Shown here: positions 8,021-13,697 of the stretch, piece after piece
Position numbering within the stretch: the stretch's first letter is position 1
How the letters are laid out: each line of letters opens with the position of its first letter
From: a virus
Virus record (IMG/VR): IMGVR_UViG_3300009702_000012
Span: 1 to 35,264 of that record
Length of the DNA stretch: 35,264 nucleotides
Strand: one strand, 5' to 3'
Position numbers and translations under genes: made by a program
The notes under the pieces: generated by a model
Seen by the model: only the letters and a program-made list of their open reading frames with translations
Told to the model about the DNA's origin: nothing
The model's database searches: none

Positions 8021-8050
8021 GATGATAAAATCAAATTAAAGGAGAAACCG

Positions 8051-8347
8051 ATGAGTAAAAAAACGTGGAGAACTAGAATAAAATCATTCTTAACTTTTGT
8101 CGAAAAGTCCCTAACCCTCAACTTCTATTCATTAAGTTTTGAAGACCAACTGACCTGTATAAATTATGTGCTTTTAACGAGACTACCTATGCCTCCCGTA
8201 GAAAGTTCATATAGACAGGCTATTCGTCTTTTATCTCAAGATGGGCAATATGTTAACGATATTTTAGAATATTGTCGAGAAAATCCATTATATGTGCCTA
8301 AAGAGTGGGATGAGATATTGAAGAAAATGGATTTGAAATATAGTTAA
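8051..8347 (+). CDS. Hypothetical early protein (98 aa)
   Basis: ATG 8051 preceded by AAAGGAG (8038-8044). The track ORF start at 8000 lies inside the promoter repeat and is unlikely. Confidence 0.6.
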   Translation: MSKKTWRTRIKSFLTFVEKSLTLNFYSLSFEDQLTCINYVLLTRLPMPPVESSYRQAIRLLSQDGQYVNDILEYCRENPLYVPKEWDEILKKMDLKYS

Positions 8348-8376
8348 TAAGCCTAATAGATGGCACGGAGAACCAA

Positions 8377-8880
8377 ATGAAAAAAAACATTATATTTTTA
8401 CTCGACGAGAGCGGCAGTATGTTCCACATTCGAGAGGAAACACTCAACTCCTATAAAGAATGGGCCGAACAGATGGGAGCGGAAGCAAACGGTGCTTTAT
8501 TCTCCCTATTCACTTTCAATGGAAAAGTCAAGACCGTTCAATGGAGAGAGCCACGCCCGCACACCATCAAATCCTATCTGCCGAACGGCTCTACGGCACT
8601 ATATGACGCGATTTTACGCGCAGTATTCTCCGTCCCTGATGGAGAAAACGCACTTCTAATCATTCTCACAGATGGTATGGAGAACAGCAGCCGCTATGGC
8701 GCTCACCAAGGCGTCAAAACTCTTCTCGATGACCGCATCGACGCAGGCTGGGAAGTATCCTATGTTGGTTGCGAGGCATTTCCTTCGCTGCCCCAAACCA
8801 CCACTTTCATATGGGATAAAAGTGATACCACTGCTCCTTGGAAAACCATATACACCACATCCACCAACTACCTAAAATAG
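8377..8880 (+). CDS. von Willebrand factor A (vWA) domain protein with intact MIDAS
   Basis: IIFLLDESGSM (DxSxS), GSTALYDAI (Thr) and IILTDGMENSS (Asp), in canonical order. GGAG SD. Confidence 0.8.
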   Translation: MKKNIIFLLDESGSMFHIREETLNSYKEWAEQMGAEANGALFSLFTFNGKVKTVQWREPRPHTIKSYLPNGSTALYDAILRAVFSVPDGENALLIILTDGMENSSRYGAHQGVKTLLDDRIDAGWEVSYVGCEAFPSLPQTTTFIWDKSDTTAPWKTIYTTSTNYLK

Positions 8881-8930
8881 TGCGAACCTTTCTTATACAC
8901 CTATTCATCTCTATTCGGTTCGAAAAGCAG

Positions 8931-9035
8931 ATGCTGCGCGACTTGATTGAAGCCGTTTATAAAGAAGACTTTGCGGCTGCTCGCGCAGTTATCACTAATA
9001 TTGAAGATTATCTCAATGAAAATCCTAATAGATGA
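8931..9035 (+). CDS. Possible small protein (34 aa)
   Basis: ATG 8931 in the 8838..9035 frame. Helical-looking MLRDLIEAVYKEDFAAARAVITNIEDYLNENPNR. Weak RBS. Confidence 0.3.
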   Translation: MLRDLIEAVYKEDFAAARAVITNIEDYLNENPNR

Positions 9036-9408
9036 CCGCGAAAAAAGACCTCTAGAGTTTATGTGCGAAACTGAACGCAAACGCCTCAAAACGGGCGATT
9101 ACGCACTCGCCGACCAACCAAATAAAGTCTGTATCGAAGCCAAACATAGCGTCGAAGACCTCTGCGCTTCTTTATGTTTAGCCAAAAGGCGCGCTCGCTT
9201 TCTAAAACTGGGGGAGCGCGCCGCTTCCTTCGAGCATCGCTGGTTGATTACGCCACTCATCGCGGACATTTTGCGCGGCACGCGCTATTCAAAAGTGCCC
9301 GGCCACGTTATTCTCCAAAAAACTATCGAATGGTGTGCCACTTACCACTTCATTCTATTAGCAGGCATCACAGCATCCCAACTTGAAAGGCAGATTGAAA
9401 AATTATGA
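9016..9408 (+). CDS. ERCC4 (XPF/Mus81/Hef)-like PD-(D/E)xK nuclease, putative structure-specific endonuclease (130 aa)
   Basis: ILIDDREKRPLEF, LKTGDYAL and IEAKHSVEDLCASL occur in ERCC4 order (D.RE ... GDY ... E[R>A]K....DL..S). The track start at TTG 8947 adds an implausible leader. Confidence 0.6.
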   Translation: MKILIDDREKRPLEFMCETERKRLKTGDYALADQPNKVCIEAKHSVEDLCASLCLAKRRARFLKLGERAASFEHRWLITPLIADILRGTRYSKVPGHVILQKTIEWCATYHFILLAGITASQLERQIEKL

Positions 9409-9542
9409 TTATTAAGAAAAAGAAAGGCTACTATGTAGTCTCCGAAAGAACTCATCGCAATCTCGGTGGCCCATATAAGACCAAAGCAGAAGCATTGCGC
9501 CGTCTAAAAGTCGTAGAATATTTCAAGCACCATAAAAAATGA
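9405..9542 (+). CDS. Small basic protein (45 aa), not in the supplied ORF track
   Basis: ATGA overlaps at both ends (9405-9408 and 9539-9542). MIIKKKKGYYVVSERTHRNLGGPYKTKAEALRRLKVVEYFKHHKK. Confidence 0.5.
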   Translation: MIIKKKKGYYVVSERTHRNLGGPYKTKAEALRRLKVVEYFKHHKK

Positions 9543-10093
9543 TTGAAGTAATAGCAGACCACCTAGAAATCAATCAAATTGGGTGGGCGCCCTACATAAA
9601 AGCGCGCACTTTGCCGCTAAAACTTTACACCATCAAGAGCGGGAAGCAGGTTCGCCGCTCACTCCTCACAGGAGATGTAGCCAGCCCTGATGATAGTTGG
9701 GTCATAGAAATAAAGCGAAACGCCAAAGATTTTCTGCTATCTTTCACAGATGGCGGTCATTTTAATAACCTCAAGAGCGAAGGTAAGCATATGATGTGCT
9801 ATAAACATCGCTTTATCCTAATATATCCTGAAAAACGCCAAATAATGTTAGAAGCCAGTCATTTAGGACTAAACGCCGCATCCGCATTTAGAAATCTAAA
9901 GAACTGGGTCTCCTATAATGTAATAGCGCCGCCCTATTTCAATGTGAATGATGAAGATTTATGCCAACTCATCCTATATTTGGCTCAAGGAAGCGGGGAA
10001 AATCGCCGAGATAACCTAACATATCCAGCCTTTCCCGACCGAGAATGTCTACCAGCCCAAGTCAAAAAGACTAGAAAGGAAGCGGGATTTTAA
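9539..10093 (+). CDS. Second, degenerate ERCC4-like nuclease-fold protein (184 aa)
   Basis: LLTGDVAS and VIEIKRNAKDFLLSF have the same spacing as the 9016 protein, but the N-terminal D.RE is replaced by ADHLE. Confidence 0.5.
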   Translation: MIEVIADHLEINQIGWAPYIKARTLPLKLYTIKSGKQVRRSLLTGDVASPDDSWVIEIKRNAKDFLLSFTDGGHFNNLKSEGKHMMCYKHRFILIYPEKRQIMLEASHLGLNAASAFRNLKNWVSYNVIAPPYFNVNDEDLCQLILYLAQGSGENRRDNLTYPAFPDRECLPAQVKKTRKEAGF

Positions 10094-10434
10094 TGTGGGG
10101 ACGCAGCAAACCACGCCAAAGGAAGGAATTTCGAGAGAAAGAACTGAGATTGGTGAAAAATATAGAAGAAAAAGACGCTATTATCGCCCGTAATGAAGAG
10201 GAAATAGCGGATAAAACCTTCATAATAAAGTGCGAAATGGAAATTTCAAACATATTATTTCAATGTTTTCTAGAATATAAGCGGGGTGGTCGAACTTTGG
10301 CTGTCAGGATAGAAACCGACTATGTAGTGAGAGAACTCGCGCGCTACTTTAATACCATCACGGAGGTCGAACGGCACCTTTTCAATATTATTCTAGTGGA
10401 ACATCCTAATGCCTTGAGGGGTTCTAATGTATGA
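10093..10434 (+). CDS. Hypothetical early protein (113 aa), N-terminal basic coiled-coil
   Basis: TAATG overlap with the upstream gene. No motif recognised. Confidence 0.6.
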   Translation: MWGRSKPRQRKEFREKELRLVKNIEEKDAIIARNEEEIADKTFIIKCEMEISNILFQCFLEYKRGGRTLAVRIETDYVVRELARYFNTITEVERHLFNIILVEHPNALRGSNV

Positions 10435-10723
10435 TGCCGAGCAAGCCCGCAAAGCCGCTATCGAGAAGCGAAGACTGCTACTTTCACCAGCGGCAATTCA
10501 ATCAATTATGGATAAAATATTCTCCACTATTCGAGTATATGCTGGAAGAGGAGAGACCTACTGCCACCTAAATTTGGTAGAATATCTGCCGCCTCCGCTC
10601 AAAGAAGGCGCGATGATGCGGCTATCCAAAAAGGTCATAAAAGAAGCCCTAACCAAGTTAGATTACACCATATCAGGCACTGGAGGACAGTTTGAAATCT
10701 CGTGGAACACCCCCAAATCCTGA
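10427..10723 (+). CDS. Hypothetical early protein (98 aa), paralog of 11108..11344
   Basis: The C-terminus LTKLDYTISGTGGQFEISWNTPKS matches LTSKGFKIIQRGDTYAVSWDISKTS. Confidence 0.6.
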   Translation: MYDAEQARKAAIEKRRLLLSPAAIQSIMDKIFSTIRVYAGRGETYCHLNLVEYLPPPLKEGAMMRLSKKVIKEALTKLDYTISGTGGQFEISWNTPKS

Positions 10724-10895
10724 AACCTATAAATGTGCCGATTGCGGCAAACCATACTCTCGGGAAACATTTTACGCGCATTACTTTTATGTGTGTAAGG
10801 ACTGCTATAAAAAGTCCCTTAAAAAGTATCAGCAACAGCGCGAAGAAAGGCTTCGCCAAGCAATAGAAAGATTTGAAAATGGAAATGATGAATGA
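10692..10895 (+). CDS. Zn-ribbon protein (67 aa), TTG start
   Basis: The only in-frame start is TTG 10692, 5 nt after GGAGG (10682-10686). CADCG..(17)..CKDC. Confidence 0.55.
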   Translation: MKSRGTPPNPETYKCADCGKPYSRETFYAHYFYVCKDCYKKSLKKYQQQREERLRQAIERFENGNDE

Positions 10896-11124
10896 AAATG
10901 AAACCCTTTTAGAAAAGGTAGCGGAAGCAGTAGAACACTGCGATAATCCAGTCACACTTTATGGATTTTCCGCCCAATTACGCGCTTTACAGCAACAGGC
11001 AGAAGAAAAAGTGCGCACACTCCTTGAGCCACTTAAAGCCCTAATGGCGGCTAAATCAGCCGTAAAGAAGACAGCCATCCCAGCACCAAAGAAAGAAGAG
11101 AAGATAGATGGATACCAAGAGTAG
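10873..11124 (+). CDS. Hypothetical early protein (about 81-83 aa; start uncertain: TTG 10873 or ATG 10879/10885/10888)
   Basis: Open frame with helical-looking sequence. Several clustered start codons. Confidence 0.55.
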   Translation: MKMEMMNENETLLEKVAEAVEHCDNPVTLYGFSAQLRALQQQAEEKVRTLLEPLKALMAAKSAVKKTAIPAPKKEEKIDGYQE

Positions 11125-11344
11125 CCGCGAATACACGGCAAATAAAGCCTATTGGATAGCCAAAGAGCATCACCAACGGATTATTATCGAGAACATTGAT
11201 AAGGCCGCACAGGACGGCAAAATGAGCATCGAATTCAAGAGATTAGGCGACGAACACGCCGAATACCTAACCAGCAAAGGGTTCAAGATTATCCAGAGAG
11301 GTGACACATATGCGGTATCCTGGGATATATCCAAAACTTCATAA
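11108..11344 (+). CDS. Hypothetical early protein (78 aa), paralog of 10427..10723
   Basis: Shared C-terminal motif ending in (I/V)SW(N/D)..K(T/S)S. Confidence 0.6.
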   Translation: MDTKSSREYTANKAYWIAKEHHQRIIIENIDKAAQDGKMSIEFKRLGDEHAEYLTSKGFKIIQRGDTYAVSWDISKTS

Positions 11345-11567
11345 TCTAATAGGGCAAGTTGCCGCCAAACTCCATAATCTAAATGAAGATGCTTATCAAG
11401 AAGCGGAGATAGGGCTGTGGAAAGCAGGTATCCCAGAAGATGCCGAACCTACGGCCCTAATTCGCACCATTATCCGCAACTCTATTATAGATTGGATACG
11501 CAAAGATTATAGAAGTAGGTGGGGAATTCGTCAGGTCGAGCAAGAAATCCAGAAACGCAGAAAGTGA
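11301..11567 (+). CDS. Sigma-70 region-2-like protein lacking region 4 (85-88 aa; start GTG 11301 or ATG 11310)
   Basis: NEDAYQEAEIGLWKA...ALIRTIIRNSIIDWIRKDYRS matches the region 2.1-2.4 pattern (D..QE....LW.......W....i.rN..iD..R). The protein ends about 20 aa later. Confidence 0.65.
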   Translation: MTHMRYPGIYPKLHNLIGQVAAKLHNLNEDAYQEAEIGLWKAGIPEDAEPTALIRTIIRNSIIDWIRKDYRSRWGIRQVEQEIQKRRK

Positions 11568-11726
11568 CCATTCAACCTTCCTCACGGTAGGTTTTACTTT
11601 CTTAAACACCATAAGAAGTAACATCAAGAGTATAGCCTTATATGTGGGGGGATTATAAATGGGATAGTCCACTCCTCCCAGCGAAAAACCCCCATTTTCC
11701 CGCCTTGAGAGCCAAAAACTCTTTGA

Positions 11727-11748
11727 CCCTTCGAAATAAACACGCCAA
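11727..11748. repeat. Intergenic box CCCTTCGAAATAAACACGCCAA, copy 1 of 3
   Basis: 21/22 identical to 12001..12022. A degenerate third copy lies at 11901..11925. Confidence 0.8.
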
Positions 11749-11900
11749 CTATCCTAATTGACCCATATAGAGAAAGAAGTAGGAGAATTTTATGAGCGGG
11801 CTGACCGAAGCAGAGGCGCAGCGGGAGCCCCCAAATTTCCCCAGAAATCCAATGTCGAGATGTTACTGAGCATCTTGGGCATTATTATTGCTGTAAGTGT

Positions 11901-11925
11901 GACCCTTCGGGATAAACAGCGCACC
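11901..11925. repeat. Degenerate copy of the CCCTTC..ATAAACA box (GACCCTTCGGGATAAACAGCGCACC)
   Basis: Shares GACCCTTCG and ATAAACA with copy 1. Confidence 0.55.
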
Positions 11926-12000
11926 ACCATCCCAACTTTTCCCTATAAGGTTCGAGAGCCTTATATGTCCTGCCTACTAACAGGGATATGGCTGCCGTCG

Positions 12001-12022
12001 CCCTTCTAAATAAACACGCCAA
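12001..12022. repeat. Intergenic box CCCTTCTAAATAAACACGCCAA, copy 3
   Basis: 21/22 identical to 11727..11748. Confidence 0.8.
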
Positions 12023-12090
12023 GAAAAGCAAGAAAAAAGTGTAGAAGGTTCAAGGTTTTTCACTATTATAGTGGTAGGAAAGAATGCGGC

Positions 12091-12112
12091 TAAATGGCCG
12101 CCAACTAAAAAG
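12091..12112. repeat. Leader block TAAATGGCCGCCAACTAAAAAG upstream of gene 12122 (repeated at 13013..13043)
   Basis: The same blocks TAAAT.GCCGCCA and ACTAAAAAG occur at 13013..13043 with a 9-nt insertion. The block overlaps the small hairpin GCGGC-TAAATG-GCCGC (12086-12101). Confidence 0.7.
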
Positions 12113-12121
12113 GAGTTAGTA

Positions 12122-12310
12122 ATGACTTGGAATGAATTAACACGCTCGCAACAGAGATATGCGATATGCGCGAGCCGCTCGTGGAGAGGCGAGTCCGTCT
12201 ATATGAGTGAGATGATGGAGAGTGATGAACCTTGGACAGAAGAAGAAGAGCGAGCAATTATAGAATGCGACCTCAAGGATATTGATTATTGCGAAGCAGA
12301 CTTTGGATAG
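12122..12310 (+). CDS. Small acidic protein (62 aa)
   Basis: ATG 12122 lies 7 nt after AAGGAG. By hand count about 16 D/E versus 6 K/R. The track start GTG 12071 lacks an RBS. Confidence 0.65.
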   Translation: MTWNELTRSQQRYAICASRSWRGESVYMSEMMESDEPWTEEEERAIIECDLKDIDYCEADFG

Positions 12311-12335
12311 TGGCTAAACTTTTCCATAGATGGCC
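12310..12335. repeat. Leader block GTGGCTAAACTTTTCCATAGATGGCC (repeated at 13078..13108)
   Basis: The blocks GTGGC, TAAACTTT and CCATAGATGGC are shared in the same order with 13078..13108. Confidence 0.75.
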
Positions 12336-12381
12336 TATGGAGGAGTGCTGATTAAACAGAAAGAAAGTAAAGGAGTAAGTA

Positions 12382-12897
12382 ATGAATGTTTACACAGAGA
12401 TTTACCGAAGGATGCTAGAGGATTTACCTCCGGAGCAAGCCGCTAAGGCGGAGAATCCTAGTGAGTATGATATTCATATCATTGATAAGGTGAAAAATAC
12501 CGTTCTTCCTCATTTACCTGAGAAATATACTGATGAATATAGGCATATGAGAGCTTCCTTGATGAGACACGAACTTTCATCTTGGGATTTGAATAGACTT
12601 GAGGAATATATTGATAGCTTAGATGGCCTCCTGCCTTATAGCGAAGAAGTGGTAAAAGAAGTTACGGATAGTTTAGCGATGGACCGTGCGTGTTTGAATA
12701 TTAATATACTTCTTATGACAGATGAAGAGTTTTGGGAGGAATATTATGGTTGGATGATGAGACCAAGCCGTGTATTTACCGAAGAAATGATATTGAAGGT
12801 ATTACTTGACCCTGATATTCAAGAGGATATGCCTAAAAATATCCAAGACCGCATCGAGGAACTAAAAGAAGAGATAATAATGAGTAAAGCAGTATAG
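12382..12897 (+). CDS. Acidic protein (171 aa), unknown function
   Basis: AAAGGAG SD. By hand count about 38 D/E versus 19 K/R. Last gene of the early block. Confidence 0.75.
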   Translation: MNVYTEIYRRMLEDLPPEQAAKAENPSEYDIHIIDKVKNTVLPHLPEKYTDEYRHMRASLMRHELSSWDLNRLEEYIDSLDGLLPYSEEVVKEVTDSLAMDRACLNINILLMTDEEFWEEYYGWMMRPSRVFTEEMILKVLLDPDIQEDMPKNIQDRIEELKEEIIMSKAV

Positions 12898-12912
12898 CGC
12901 TCACTGCTCCTT

Positions 12913-12980
12913 GAGAGAGAGTTCGGCAAGTTGCTCCACCTCTAGCCCTGAGGTGTTGAGCTCGTCGGCTCTCTCTCTCT
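12913..12980 (+). terminator. Long compound stem-loop closing the early block (possible terminator or structured RNA)
   Basis: Outer arm GAGAGAGAG (12913-12921) pairs with the CTCTCTCTC run (12969-12980). Inner stem is GCTC-CACCTC / GAGGTG-tt-GAGC with a 7-nt loop (12943-12949). TTTAT follows. It lies 16 nt after the stop of 12382..12897. Confidence 0.4.
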
Positions 12981-13012
12981 TTATGCCTATGCCTGGTCGT
13001 CGGTGTGCTGAA

Positions 13013-13043
13013 TAAATAGCCGCCACTTACACCAACTAAAAAG
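13013..13043. repeat. Orphan copy of the 12091..12112 leader block
   Basis: TAAATAGCCGCCA[CTTACACCA]ACTAAAAAG. No gene follows. Confidence 0.7.
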
Positions 13044-13077
13044 AAAGTAGCAGCAGCGCCAGTATAGAACCTCCCAA

Positions 13078-13108
13078 GTGGCCGCTAAACTTTCATCCAT
13101 AGATGGCT
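13078..13108. repeat. Orphan copy of the 12310..12335 leader block
   Basis: GTGGC[CGC]TAAACTTT[CAT]CCATAGATGGCT. Only a 15-codon ORF follows. Confidence 0.75.
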
Positions 13109-13235
13109 CACCAAGGAAGAATGAGCGGCGATGAGTGGCGTCCGTGGTAGACGCGGAGCGGGAACATTCTTTCTCCCCCCCCGACTCATAAAAAAAAAGT
13201 GTAAGAAAAAAAAAGATTTATTGGGATTTATATGA

Positions 13236-13265
13236 TTGACAGACGACATAACAGTAGAGACTATA
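13236..13265 (+). promoter_or_regulatory. Candidate late promoter: consensus TTGACA, then 17-19 nt, then GACTATAC
   Basis: Perfect -35 hexamer at 13236-13241 and an A/T-rich tract upstream (13190-13235). The -10 is only approximate (ACTATA at 13260-13265). Confidence 0.35.
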
Positions 13266-13334
13266 CCTTCCTCCCTCATAAAGGATGAGAGGTGCGGTTA
13301 GAATTCGGGGGGTGCGTCCCCCCAGTGGGGTTGG

Positions 13335-13697
13335 ATGATTATTTATGCCACCCCTGAAATTTTTTTTAGAGAATTTTTTTTGAAATTAAGCACCAAAGAC
13401 ACTAAATATCATCTCGGGAAAGTCCTAAACTCCCGAGACATCTTAAAAAGTATGGAAAAACGCGGAATCTCCGCGGATTTTTTCGCCTATCTATTCGAGA
13501 TACTTAAATTTGATATAGAAAGGCTAATGGATGCCGGTAATAAAGAAGCAGCCGCGACCCAAGCGAAAGCGTGTATCAAGCAACTTACCGAGTTGCTAAA
13601 ACACACCGAAGGCGCTAAACTCGACCTCCAAGAGAAAAAGGAAGTCGAGGAACTATCGGTCCCCGAAATCTTAAATCGCTTGAAAGGAACCAAATGA
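13335..13697 (+). CDS. Hypothetical protein (up to 120 aa; start uncertain, alternative ATG 13452)
   Basis: The open frame overlaps the scaffold-like gene by ATGA. The first about 39 codons run through T8/T9 tracts and hairpins and may be non-coding. Confidence 0.45.
   Translation: MIIYATPEIFFREFFLKLSTKDTKYHLGKVLNSRDILKSMEKRGISADFFAYLFEILKFDIERLMDAGNKEAAATQAKACIKQLTELLKHTEGAKLDLQEKKEVEELSVPEILNRLKGTK

Noticed and set aside
11758-12009. 83-aa track ORF starting at TTG 11758
   Set aside because: No SD. The start lies in the sequence following a repeat box, and the ORF spans two repeat boxes. Only the inner 49-aa TM-like part is even weakly plausible, so I left the region as non-coding with caveats.
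12049-12075. Resemblance of recurring ACTATA/CACTATTATAG strings (5128, 7966, 12061, 13260) to T7-type phage RNAP promoters
   Set aside because: The genome has no single-subunit RNAP gene, and the shared part is only about 6 nt. They are better treated as -10-like elements of host-type or mini-sigma promoters.
12937-12955. tRNA-like anticodon arm (6-bp stem, 7-nt loop TAGCCCT); also the hairpin at 13138..13154
   Set aside because: Loop position 33 is not T. No acceptor, D or T arms with GTTC-type sequence can be drawn around either hairpin. No tRNA is called.
13085-13279. 64-aa minus-strand ORF in the second non-coding island
   Set aside because: Its sequence is dominated by translated homopolymer tracts (FFFLHFFF, GGRK). 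It would be the only minus-strand gene in the genome, and no start context supports it.
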